Shown here in pieces: positions 1-9,295 of a stretch of 64,000 nucleotides of DNA (its first letter is position 1; each line of letters opens with the position of its first letter). The position numbers and the translations under genes are program-made. The notes under the pieces are model-generated. The model had not been told where the DNA came from, searched no databases, and was given only the letters and a program-made list of their open reading frames with translations. The stretch lies in the IMG/VR virus record IMGVR_UViG_3300036964_000424, positions 36,290 through 100,289 of that record. The stretch is one strand, 5' to 3'. This stretch comes from a virus. Lineage: Duplodnaviria; Caudoviricetes.

Positions 1-96
1 AAGAGCATATACAATAATAGAACTGTTTGAGAGATTTTATATAAAAAAGGATCAATAAAATGAAGATTTTATTAAGTTTGTGAAGGATGGATACAT

Positions 97-873
97 TTGA
101 ACATATATTACAAAGATGATTTATGTATGTTAATACAAGGAGATTGTATTGATGTAATGCATGAATTAATTGAATCCGGATTAAAATTTGATGCTATAAT
201 TACTGATCCTCCATATGGAACTACCGCTTGTAAATGGGATAGTATAATACCTTTTGATAAAATGTGGGAGAGATTAAAATTAATACGGTATGATAAAACA
301 CCTATAATATTATTTGGATCAGAACCTTTTACTAGTAATCTACGCCTGAGTAATATTGAAGAATATAAATATGATTGGTATTGGTATAAAAATAAACCAA
401 GTGGTGCTATGACAGCTAAAATTCAACCTATGAAAGCAATTGAAAATTTAAGTGTATTTTATAAATCACCACCTAATTATACCCCACAAATGAAAGAACG
501 AACTGAAGCAGAATTAAAAAGACTTTCTAAAAAATCTGTATATACATGTTCAACAGAAATTGATAATCGAAAATGGGGGAAGAGTGGGAATAGAGATGAT
601 AATAAATTAAAATATCCTAATAACGTATTAGAGATTAAGACAGTTTTTAATAGAAGCAAAGAAAAAGTTGCACATAGTACGCAAAAACCAGTTGAACTTA
701 TGGAATACCTAATTAAAACATATACAAATGAAAATGAACTTATATTAGATTTTACTTGCGGTTCAGGAACAACATTAATTGCCGCAAGAAATCTTAAAAG
801 AAAATGTATCGGTATTGAATTAGAAGAAAAATATTGTGAAATTGCAAAAAATAGATTAGAAAATTTATTATAA
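97..873 (+). CDS. DNA methyltransferase, beta class (N6-A/N4-C)
   Basis: GDC, TDPPY (motif IV), HSTQKPVEL, LDFTCGSGTT (motif I), GIELE. Confidence 0.93.
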   Translation: MNIYYKDDLCMLIQGDCIDVMHELIESGLKFDAIITDPPYGTTACKWDSIIPFDKMWERLKLIRYDKTPIILFGSEPFTSNLRLSNIEEYKYDWYWYKNKPSGAMTAKIQPMKAIENLSVFYKSPPNYTPQMKERTEAELKRLSKKSVYTCSTEIDNRKWGKSGNRDDNKLKYPNNVLEIKTVFNRSKEKVAHSTQKPVELMEYLIKTYTNENELILDFTCGSGTTLIAARNLKRKCIGIELEEKYCEIAKNRLENLL

Positions 874-893
874 AATAATGTACACTTTTAATC

Positions 894-922
894 TTGACAA
901 ATTGTCATAAATATGGTAATAT
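894..922 (+). promoter_or_regulatory. sigma70/SigA-type promoter with overlapping palindrome
   Basis: TTGACA(894-899)-17 nt-TAATAT(917-922) with TG extended -10; TGACAA-A-TTGTCA dyad (895-907) overlaps the -35. Confidence 0.7.
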
Positions 923-959
923 TATTTAATAAAAGAAGGGAGATTGGAAAATTATATAT

Positions 960-1523
960 ATGGAAATAACTAAATTAGCCGAACATGGATATGAAGAAAG
1001 TGCTATTGGATTCAGCTTATCATATAATTCTACTAGTACTAGAGCAAAAGAAATATTCCCGAAATATGCTTGGGGTAAACGTGGTGAATCTAAATTTTTA
1101 GAAAGCATATACTTGTGGCTAGATATAAATGCCCCACGCTTTTGGTGGAGCGAAGCGGATACTTATCGGATGAGTAGCAAGCAAAGTTCGTCTACTATGC
1201 ACACGCTAGCCAAAACAGAATTAACAAATAATAATTTTGAATATCCGATAGATGAAGATTATTTAAAAATTCTAAATGATTTACGATTGAAAACATTGAA
1301 AGGAGAAATTAAAATAGAAATTTTGAAGAATGCTTTGCCAGAAGGATTTTTGCAAAGAAGAATCTGGGTAATGAATTATAAGTGCTTGCAAAATATTTAT
1401 ATCCAGCGATGCAATCATAGATTGCCCCAATGGAAATATTTTTGCAACGAAATTGTAAAGATTGTAGATCATCCTGAATTTATTCTAATGCCAAAAGAAA
1501 AGGAGAATCAAAATATAATGTAA
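960..1523 (+). CDS. Phage ThyX-like (flavin-dependent thymidylate synthase fold) protein
   Basis: APRFWWSEADTYR..SSTMH, LPEGFLQRR..MNYKCL..IY.QR.NHRLPQW pattern of divergent phage ThyX-like proteins; lacks the canonical RHR motif. Confidence 0.65.
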   Translation: MEITKLAEHGYEESAIGFSLSYNSTSTRAKEIFPKYAWGKRGESKFLESIYLWLDINAPRFWWSEADTYRMSSKQSSSTMHTLAKTELTNNNFEYPIDEDYLKILNDLRLKTLKGEIKIEILKNALPEGFLQRRIWVMNYKCLQNIYIQRCNHRLPQWKYFCNEIVKIVDHPEFILMPKEKENQNIM

Positions 1524-1605
1524 TTTATTTATAAAAAATTTTATGTATCGTAGAATATATTTTGAGATTGCAAATTGTAAAACTAAATAATAAGGAGATT
1601 AATAT

Positions 1606-2607
1606 ATGGCAGAAGTAATGGTTTTGAAAAAGGCACAGCGAAAGCAAGCTAAATTAAAATTAGGGATAAGCGCCCCTGCCGGCGGTGGCAAAACACTTGG
1701 GGCGTTATTAATTGCTTACGGATTGATGAAAGAAAAATATCCGCAATTAAAAGATGAAGATTTGTGGAATAAAATTGTAATTATAGATAGTGAGAATGGA
1801 TCGGGGGAACTTTATGTTGGGAGTGTTATTGATAATGTAAAAATTGGAACTTATAATGCCGTAACATTAACTCCACCTTTTGAAGCTGATAAGTACACTT
1901 CCGCTATTGAAATGTGTTATAATGCTGGGATGGAAGTTGCTATTATAGACAGCGTGACACATTTATGGTCTGGGTCAGGAGGCTTGCTTGAACAACAAAA
2001 CAGTATAGCTAAACGAACAGGGAACTCCTATACATCATGGCGAGATATAACCCCACAGCACAATCGCTTTGTAGAAGCAATGTTACAAACAGATATGCAT
2101 ATTATAGCAACTATGCGAAGCAAGGTAGATTATGTGCAGGAAAAAGATCCTAGTACGGGTAAAACCATTGTTCGCAAAGTAGGATTAAATCCTATTGCTA
2201 AAGAAGGCATGGATTATGAGTTTACTGTATTCTTGGAAATTGATGCGGAACATAACGCTTTCGGATCAAAAGATCGTACTGGAGTAGTAGACCAAAAATA
2301 TTTCAAAATTACGCCCAAAATTGGGGCAGAATTAATGAATTGGCTGGAAAGTGGTACAACAGAAAAGGAGACTGTAGTTGCTGAAGCAGAAGTAGTTTCT
2401 GCAGAAACTAAAAAAGAAAATGCAATAAAAGAGCTTCAACAAAAAGTAATTAATAGATGTGTAGAATTAGGAGGAAGCAAAAATACTGCATTGATGGCAA
2501 TTGTTAAAGAATACGAACCTTCTGGGAATACGAACAGAATTAAAGATGCTTCAAAACTTGAAGAATTGTTAGCTAAATTAAATACATTAGAAATAGAGGA
2601 TAAATAA
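1606..2607 (+). CDS. Sak4-like AAA ATPase / single-strand annealing recombinase
   Basis: Walker A APAGGGKT, IDSE, Walker B IIDSVTHLW, ATMRSK, GMDYEF, KDRT; adjacent to SSB. Confidence 0.85.
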   Translation: MAEVMVLKKAQRKQAKLKLGISAPAGGGKTLGALLIAYGLMKEKYPQLKDEDLWNKIVIIDSENGSGELYVGSVIDNVKIGTYNAVTLTPPFEADKYTSAIEMCYNAGMEVAIIDSVTHLWSGSGGLLEQQNSIAKRTGNSYTSWRDITPQHNRFVEAMLQTDMHIIATMRSKVDYVQEKDPSTGKTIVRKVGLNPIAKEGMDYEFTVFLEIDAEHNAFGSKDRTGVVDQKYFKITPKIGAELMNWLESGTTEKETVVAEAEVVSAETKKENAIKELQQKVINRCVELGGSKNTALMAIVKEYEPSGNTNRIKDASKLEELLAKLNTLEIEDK

Positions 2608-2608
2608 T

Positions 2609-2986
2609 ATGAGTTTAGGGATCCGTGAAGGGCAAATCGTAAAAGTTTGGTCTTGGGAAGATAAAGGCAAATATGCTGTTGTGCGTATGAGCAGTAGCCG
2701 AAAAGATAAAATAACTGGGGAATATAAATCATCTAATTGGGCGTTTGTCCGCTTTGTTGGTGAAGCCTATAATAAAATAAAAAACGGGGAACTTAATGAA
2801 GGCGATTTGATTGAATTGCATGGATGCACAATTAGTTTAGAAAGTTATGTTGACAACAAAATAAAAAAGTATCCCAAATTCCCTTCTATCGTTGTTTTTA
2901 ACTGGGTACCATGCGAAAGTAAAGCCCCCGTAAATAATAATGCTACAGATACAGAAGATATGGACGATGAGAATATTCCTTTTTAG
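2609..2986 (+). CDS. ssb: Single-stranded DNA-binding protein
   Basis: OB-fold size, acidic C-terminus ending DDENIPF, follows the Sak4-like gene. Confidence 0.8.
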   Translation: MSLGIREGQIVKVWSWEDKGKYAVVRMSSSRKDKITGEYKSSNWAFVRFVGEAYNKIKNGELNEGDLIELHGCTISLESYVDNKIKKYPKFPSIVVFNWVPCESKAPVNNNATDTEDMDDENIPF

Positions 2987-3012
2987 TCTTATTAATAATT
3001 AAACAATAAAAC

Positions 3013-3049
3013 AATAGGAATGATTAATATCATATTAATCATTCCTATT
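3013..3049. repeat. Perfect 18-bp inverted repeat with 1-nt centre
   Basis: AATAGGAATGATTAATAT-C-ATATTAATCATTCCTATT between ssb and primase. Confidence 0.9.
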
Positions 3050-3077
3050 TGTAAAATAAAATTTTTGGTAGTATAAT
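3049..3077 (+). promoter_or_regulatory. Putative sigma70-type promoter for primase-helicase
   Basis: TTGTAA(3049-3054)-17 nt-TATAAT(3072-3077). Confidence 0.5.
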
Positions 3078-3087
3078 TTGGGGGAAG

Positions 3088-3948
3088 ATGAATAACTTTT
3101 TATATCAAGCATTACTATATTTAGATTTAGGGTGGTGGGTATTTCCTTGCAGGGAGAAGCCTGGAAAGCCATATATTGATAAACTTGGCAAGCTAAAAAT
3201 GAGTAAAGAAAAGAGCCCCTATGTTAAAAACGGCTTTAAAGATGCATCGAACGATCCTTATCAGATTAAAGAATGGTGGAATAGATGGGAAAATGCTTGT
3301 ATAGGAGTTTCATGTGAACATTCTGGATTATTTTTAATTGATATTGATGTTAAAAATGGGAGAAAAGGCATAGATAATTATATGCAATTAGGAATATCAG
3401 ATTCGGGTGCTTTGCATAGCAGAACACCTTCAAAAGGATTGCATATTCTATTTCAAGGCAGGGGTAAATCAAGCACAAATATTATTACAGGTATAGATAC
3501 AAGGGGCGATGGAGGCTATTTCATTGCACCTCCTTCTGAAATAATAGGTGGTATAGTCCCTGGGAAATATGTGGCATTAGATAATTGGGATCATAATCCA
3601 GAAAAAATTAATGATTACGATATTGAAAAATTAAACTTGGAACCTAAAAAGACTAGTGCTGGAAAGAAATCAATATTCCCCAAAAATATAAAAAACAATC
3701 AGGATGATATTCAAAAAGCTAAAAATGCTTTAGAAAATTTGCCAAGTTATATGGTAGATAATTATCAAGATTGGATTAATATAGGAATGAGTTTATATAG
3801 TTTAGGGTATGAAGGTATGAATCTTTGGAAAGAATGGAGCAAAAAGTCTTCCAAATATGAAGAAGGCATATGCGAAGAAAAATGGGAAACCTTTTCCCCC
3901 GATGAAATTACATTGGGATCATTGTTTTACTATTCAAAAGAAAATTAA
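3088..3948 (+). CDS. Bifunctional primase-polymerase (Prim-Pol/AEP) with PriCT-2 domain
   Basis: GWWVFPC, GFKDAS.D..QI.EWW, IDIDVKNG, TPSKGLH, DTRGDGGYFIAPPS; C-terminal YQDWINIGMSL..W.EWS..S.KY..KW.TF. Confidence 0.9.
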   Translation: MNNFLYQALLYLDLGWWVFPCREKPGKPYIDKLGKLKMSKEKSPYVKNGFKDASNDPYQIKEWWNRWENACIGVSCEHSGLFLIDIDVKNGRKGIDNYMQLGISDSGALHSRTPSKGLHILFQGRGKSSTNIITGIDTRGDGGYFIAPPSEIIGGIVPGKYVALDNWDHNPEKINDYDIEKLNLEPKKTSAGKKSIFPKNIKNNQDDIQKAKNALENLPSYMVDNYQDWINIGMSLYSLGYEGMNLWKEWSKKSSKYEEGICEEKWETFSPDEITLGSLFYYSKEN

Positions 3949-3962
3949 ATCTGGAGGGCATA

Positions 3963-5327
3963 TTGGGAAATAATCTGTATTCCTCAGATATGGAAGAAAG
4001 TGTTTTATGCTGTGTTTTAAATGACGGTAATTTATATAATATATTAGTAGATATTTGCAATGAGAAAGATTTTTGGTATCAGCCATATTCTTGGCTATGG
4101 GCTACTTTTCAAAGATTATATGAACGTAATTCGAATATTGATATTATTACTGTTCAGGATGAACTCCAGCGAGTAAGAAATTTCGAAAGCTTTTCTACAT
4201 TTGACGGGGAATATTCTGGATATGATGCACTATTATATTTAAAAAATAAGCCGAATGTAGTTTTGGATAATTATGAATCATATGGGAAGCAGGTAAAAGA
4301 CGACAGTAACAAAAGAAGAATCCAAGAAATTGTTAATAAAAGTTTAGGCTGGATTAATCAAGGCAATGATTCAAGCAGCATTTTAACAAATTTAGAACTT
4401 GAATTAGGAAAAATATCGGCCTTCTGTGGAACCAATATTAAATCTATTAAAAATATTAGTGATGCGGTTGACGAGGCTGTAGAAGAAACTACCCTTGCCA
4501 GCTTGTCTAAGGGTAAATTTATTGATACTGGAATCAAAGCACTGGATGAAATTACCGGAGGCTTGTTCCCAGGGCAATTAACTACTATTGCGGCAAGGCA
4601 GGGTTTAGGCAAAAGCTCTTTAGCTTTAAGTATTGCTATGAATGTCGCAATAAATAATGAAATCAAAAGAAAAGTTGGTATATTTACATTAGAAATGAGT
4701 AGCACTGAATATGTAAACAGAATGATATCTTCTTTAAGCGGCATTGATAGTTTGAGGCTTAAAAAAGGCATTATTTATAAAGATGAAAGAAGTAAATATG
4801 AAGAAGCTGTAAATAAAATAAAAGATTCAGGAAATATTGTAATAGATGATACGAGTAATATTACAATGTCTATGATCAGAAATAAACTACGCAAAATGAA
4901 AGAATGGGGGATAGAAGTAGCCGTTATTGATCAAATGGGGTTGATTGCTGACAGATTCCCGAATGAACAGGAACATGTTCGCGTAGACAGATTAAGCTAT
5001 TTACTGAAAAATTTAGCAAGAGAATTTGATATAAGCATAATTAATATCCAGCAAATGAACCGATCTATTGAAAGTATACAGCGCGTAAAATTTAAAGAGC
5101 CGCAGACTAGTGATTTAGCCCAAGCTGGGGAGAGTAGCCCCGATTTGATTATTATGATTACGCATGAAATGCAAAACAAAGTTATTTTAAAATCAAAACT
5201 ATGGATTGTAAAAAACAGAAATGGTGCTATGGGTAGTGTTGATGTAAAATTTGATGCTAAAAGAACGTTGTTCAGGGATTTGACGGAAAAAGAATTAGCG
5301 GAGCAAGCACCAGATTTTATGAATTAG
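3963..5327 (+). CDS. dnaB: Replicative DNA helicase, DnaB family
   Basis: N-terminal EESVL..domain, Walker A AARQGLGKS, FTLEMS, IDQMGLI, QMNR, KNRNG. Confidence 0.92.
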   Translation: MGNNLYSSDMEESVLCCVLNDGNLYNILVDICNEKDFWYQPYSWLWATFQRLYERNSNIDIITVQDELQRVRNFESFSTFDGEYSGYDALLYLKNKPNVVLDNYESYGKQVKDDSNKRRIQEIVNKSLGWINQGNDSSSILTNLELELGKISAFCGTNIKSIKNISDAVDEAVEETTLASLSKGKFIDTGIKALDEITGGLFPGQLTTIAARQGLGKSSLALSIAMNVAINNEIKRKVGIFTLEMSSTEYVNRMISSLSGIDSLRLKKGIIYKDERSKYEEAVNKIKDSGNIVIDDTSNITMSMIRNKLRKMKEWGIEVAVIDQMGLIADRFPNEQEHVRVDRLSYLLKNLAREFDISIINIQQMNRSIESIQRVKFKEPQTSDLAQAGESSPDLIIMITHEMQNKVILKSKLWIVKNRNGAMGSVDVKFDAKRTLFRDLTEKELAEQAPDFMN

Positions 5328-5368
5328 ATCCCTAAAACCATTTAGTTTACGATCTTGATATATGGCTC

Positions 5369-5397
5369 TTGCATTTTTTATAAATCTGTGATACAAT
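5369..5397 (+). promoter_or_regulatory. Putative sigma70-type promoter
   Basis: TTGCAT-17 nt-TACAAT with TG extended -10. Confidence 0.6.
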
Positions 5398-5488
5398 AAT
5401 AGTAAGATGGCAACTTGCAGTTTTAGCTTCAATGCTGGATTAGAAAGGAGAATCAATTATTTATAAATACGAAACAATTTTAGATAAT

Positions 5489-6253
5489 ATGACATGGTCT
5501 TATAGTAGCGTAAACAGCTTCGCTACTTGTCCGCATATGTTTAAATTAACATATATTGATTCTGTAAATAGAAAGAATAACTTCTTTTCAGAATATGGCT
5601 TATTTTCCCACAAGATATTAGAAAATTATTTTAAAGATAAATTAGATATTATGGAGTTAGCTTTATATTATGAAAATGACTATGCTAAAAACATTATAAT
5701 GCCTCCTCCGCCTTATCCTGCAGGGATGAGTGAAAAATATTATAAACAAGGATTAGAATTTTTTCTAAATTTTGATTTTAACAAAGAAAAATATAATATT
5801 ATTTATATAGAGAAAAAGATTCAAGCTGTTTTTAATGATATAAAATTGGTAGCAAAGCCAGATTTGATCTTAAAAGAAAAAGATACTGGTAAAAATATTT
5901 TGATTGATTACAAAACTTCGGTACCTTTTATAAAAGAAACTCCCAATATGAAAAAAATAGATGAATATAAAAAACAGCTTTATCTTTATTCATATTTTAC
6001 AAACGAACAGCTACATGCAAATATAGATATAATTAAATTGTGGTTTCTTAGAGTAAACAAGTGGTATGAATTTGCTTATAACGAAGATGAAGCGGCAGAC
6101 GTTGTGAATTGGTTTTATAGCACGATATTAGATATAAAATCGGAAGAAGTATTTCCTCCTTGTGATATAAAAAAGAATGCTTATTTTTGCGATAATCTTT
6201 GTTCTGTAAAAGAGCATTGCAAATATCAGCATAACAAGGCACATCAAAAATAG
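5489..6253 (+). CDS. PD-(D/E)xK nuclease (Cas4/RecB-like exonuclease with Cys cluster)
   Basis: WSYSS..CP, G..SH, KPDL, IDYKT, QLYLY, C-terminal C..C.....C; may start upstream at ATT 5456/5459. Confidence 0.88.
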   Translation: MTWSYSSVNSFATCPHMFKLTYIDSVNRKNNFFSEYGLFSHKILENYFKDKLDIMELALYYENDYAKNIIMPPPPYPAGMSEKYYKQGLEFFLNFDFNKEKYNIIYIEKKIQAVFNDIKLVAKPDLILKEKDTGKNILIDYKTSVPFIKETPNMKKIDEYKKQLYLYSYFTNEQLHANIDIIKLWFLRVNKWYEFAYNEDEAADVVNWFYSTILDIKSEEVFPPCDIKKNAYFCDNLCSVKEHCKYQHNKAHQK

Positions 6254-6504
6254 TAAAAGGATATAATATTGGAAACAAGGGTCGAAATTTACAGATGTGC
6301 TTGGTAATGAATTTACATGGGACGGACAATATCTGATTTGCGAAAATTGGGAATCGTTTTCGATTCCTTTTAATATCAAACGAGGATATCTAAAACTAGA
6401 GCCTAGTGAAAACACATTAATCCGAATTATGAATAATAATCAGGTTGATGAAAACACTGCTTTTTTTGATTAATAAAACGTGTATTTTATAGGGGGCGAA
6501 ATCA

Positions 6505-6533
6505 TTGACAAAAGGCAAAAAGCATGGTACACT
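6505..6533 (+). promoter_or_regulatory. Putative sigma70-type promoter for DNA polymerase
   Basis: TTGACA-17 nt-TACACT with TG extended -10. Confidence 0.7.
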
Positions 6534-6619
6534 TATCTACATGAAATCAATAACTGAATTGCAACTGCTTTTAGATAATCATATTTATTATAATCATGAT
6601 TATCATAGCACGAGGAAAA

Positions 6620-9271
6620 ATGAATAAAAAAAATTATGCATTCGACATAGAAGTATTCCCTAACTTTTTTTGTGCTACCTTTATGAATGTAGAAGATAGT
6701 GCAGAATATAGTAGTTTTATAATTGCGTGGAAATTGGGAATTGATCAATCGGAAGAAATGAAAGCCTTTGTAGATAGCAATGTATCATCTATGATAGGTT
6801 ATAATAATTTGTATTATGATTATCCTATTCTCGAATCTATATATAATTATAACGGGAAAGATTTAAACAGCGATATATTTAAATTATCTAAAAAAATTAT
6901 AGATGGGGATAGAGGAGAGAATTTCGGGCATAGAAAAAATTATCTTTGGGAACAAATTGACCTAATGAAGATGATGGCTTTCGATAAATTAGGTGTTAGT
7001 TTGAAACAATGCGCAATCAATTTGAAATGGGGAAAAATTCAAGATTTGCCATTAGCCTACGATCATAATGTTAGTAAAGACGAAATAGAAATTATTATAA
7101 AGTACAATATAAATGATGTTTTGATTACACTAGAATTATATAAATCCTTAGCCGAAGAGATTAATTTGCGTAAGGAATTAAGCGAATTATATAAAGTAAA
7201 TTTACTTAGCGCAAGTGATAGTAAAATTGCCAATATATTATTAGAAAAATTTTATACTGAAGATAGCGGGCTAAATATTACCGAACTGAGAAAGCTTAGA
7301 ACGCCTAGAGAATTTCTATGGCTAAAAAATTGTATGTGCGACGGTATTGCGTTTAAAACTAAAAAGCTAAGAGAACTTAAATTAGAATTAGGTAATACCC
7401 TAGTAGTAAAAGAGAATAATTTTGCATATAATAAAACGATAAGCTTTGGATCTAATTATTATGATTTGGGTATTGGGGGATTGCATAGTGTGGATTCACC
7501 TGGGATTTTTGAATCAGATGAAAATTATAGAATAATAGATATAGATTGCCAAAGCTTTTATCCTTCGATCATGATCCAAAATAAAATTAAGCCGGAACAC
7601 TTGGGTGATAATTTTATTAATATTTTGAGAGACATTACAAAACAACGGATTGAAGCAAAAAAAGAAAATAATACAGTAAAGGCGGCAGGTTTAAAAATTG
7701 TTATCAATTCTATTTTTGGAAAATTAGGAAGTGATACCTTTTGGCTATATGATCCCAAGGCGTTTCTTACCGTTACAGTATCGGGGCAATTATTTCTTTT
7801 GATGCTAATTGAAGATTTGGTTCTCCATGGAATAAAAGTTATATCTGCTAATACCGATGGCATTGTTAGCAAAATACCTGCAGATAAATACGAAACCTTT
7901 AAAAAAGTATGCATGGAGTGGGAAACAAAAACAGGATTCGTTTTAGAGGAAACTGAATATAGCAAATATATCAGAAGCGATGTAAATAATTATATTGTTA
8001 AAAAAATAGATGGGCATATAAAAGAAAAAGGTAGATATATGACATCTTTGAATCTAAAAAAAGGATATAAATATCCGGTAGTATCAAAAGCCATGTTTGA
8101 ATATTTTATTAATGATGTACCAATAGAAAATACAATAAAAAACAATACGGATATATTAGATTTTTGCCTGTCTGAAAAAACAGGAAAGGATTTTATTCTA
8201 GAATTTAGAGACGACAATCAAACAATCCCACTTCAAAAAACTAATAGATTCTATATTAGTAACACCGGCGGAACGTTAGTAAAAATTAATACTAATACTG
8301 GGAAAGAAATCGGATTAGCGGTAGGGAAATTATGCAGAATATTAAATGACTATGATCATACTTTAGATTTTTCTGAATATGATGTAAATTATAATTATTA
8401 TATAGAAGAAGCATTAAAATATATAGAATCTATAGAAAATTCCAAAGAAGAAGAATTTTTTGAAATCGAGGAAGAAAGTTCGGAAGAAGAAAGGGATATA
8501 TTTGAAAATATAGAAACAAAAAATATTAATATAGTTCCCCCTAAATTTAGATATTCAACCTATGCTTATAAATTTGATAAAAATAAAAATTGTATTTGGC
8601 GGGGGATTGGATCGCTGAAGTATGTTACTAAAAAAGTGGCAGAAGATTTAGAATCCCTTTCTAGCAAAACATATATAGACTTTATAGATTTTTTGATTGA
8701 TGTAGAGGAAAACACTACTATTAACTCCAAGCAAATGGAAATATTGATAATGCTAGATTTCTTTTCTGAATTTGGGAAAAATGGTAAACTTATGAAAATA
8801 TATGATTTATTTAAAAAGGGAGATAACAAATATACTAAAAGTCTAAAACAAGAAACTAAGAACAACCGCATAGAAGCAATTCGTAAAATTTCCGAAAGCC
8901 TCCCTAATAACCGAGTTTCAGTTATAGACCAAATAAATTTTGATAAATCTTTATTTGGGCAAATACAAACGGTTTATCCTATACAAAAAAATTATGTTTT
9001 AATAACAAGGATTGACACAACTTATTCTCCAAAAGCCACTATATATTGCTTCAATAACGGGAATTATGCTAACTTAAAAGTTAGAAAAGCAATTTTCATG
9101 GGGAAGAAATTTAAGAAAGATGATATTCTGTTTTGTAAAAAGTTTGCCAAAGAGCCTTCTGTAATAAAAGTAAATAATGAATGGGTTAAAACTGGAGGAT
9201 CGGAATTTTGGTTAGTGGATTATGATAAAGTATCCTATGAAGAATTTGACAATATAATATCGAATCTGTAG
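6620..9271 (+). CDS. Family B DNA polymerase (3'-5' exo + pol) with a C-terminal DnaE-like HhH/OB extension
   Basis: Exo motifs FDIE, GYNN..YD, YNINDV; pol motifs DIDCQSFYPS, KIVINSIFGK, SANTDG; after an acidic linker IVPPKFRYS..IWRGIGSLKYV..F.DFL resembles a phage DnaE C-terminus; start chosen from GAGG RBS (track start 6596). Confidence 0.88.
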   Translation: MNKKNYAFDIEVFPNFFCATFMNVEDSAEYSSFIIAWKLGIDQSEEMKAFVDSNVSSMIGYNNLYYDYPILESIYNYNGKDLNSDIFKLSKKIIDGDRGENFGHRKNYLWEQIDLMKMMAFDKLGVSLKQCAINLKWGKIQDLPLAYDHNVSKDEIEIIIKYNINDVLITLELYKSLAEEINLRKELSELYKVNLLSASDSKIANILLEKFYTEDSGLNITELRKLRTPREFLWLKNCMCDGIAFKTKKLRELKLELGNTLVVKENNFAYNKTISFGSNYYDLGIGGLHSVDSPGIFESDENYRIIDIDCQSFYPSIMIQNKIKPEHLGDNFINILRDITKQRIEAKKENNTVKAAGLKIVINSIFGKLGSDTFWLYDPKAFLTVTVSGQLFLLMLIEDLVLHGIKVISANTDGIVSKIPADKYETFKKVCMEWETKTGFVLEETEYSKYIRSDVNNYIVKKIDGHIKEKGRYMTSLNLKKGYKYPVVSKAMFEYFINDVPIENTIKNNTDILDFCLSEKTGKDFILEFRDDNQTIPLQKTNRFYISNTGGTLVKINTNTGKEIGLAVGKLCRILNDYDHTLDFSEYDVNYNYYIEEALKYIESIENSKEEEFFEIEEESSEEERDIFENIETKNINIVPPKFRYSTYAYKFDKNKNCIWRGIGSLKYVTKKVAEDLESLSSKTYIDFIDFLIDVEENTTINSKQMEILIMLDFFSEFGKNGKLMKIYDLFKKGDNKYTKSLKQETKNNRIEAIRKISESLPNNRVSVIDQINFDKSLFGQIQTVYPIQKNYVLITRIDTTYSPKATIYCFNNGNYANLKVRKAIFMGKKFKKDDILFCKKFAKEPSVIKVNNEWVKTGGSEFWLVDYDKVSYEEFDNIISNL

Positions 9272-9295
9272 TATAATAATATAGGAAAAATAATA

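Noticed and set aside
5489-6253. Cas4 as part of a CRISPR-Cas locus
   Set aside because: No repeat-spacer array or other cas genes; context is the replication module
6297-6473. Possible 58-aa ORF from a GTG between nuclease and polymerase
   Set aside because: No convincing RBS or motif; may be a remnant but cannot be supported
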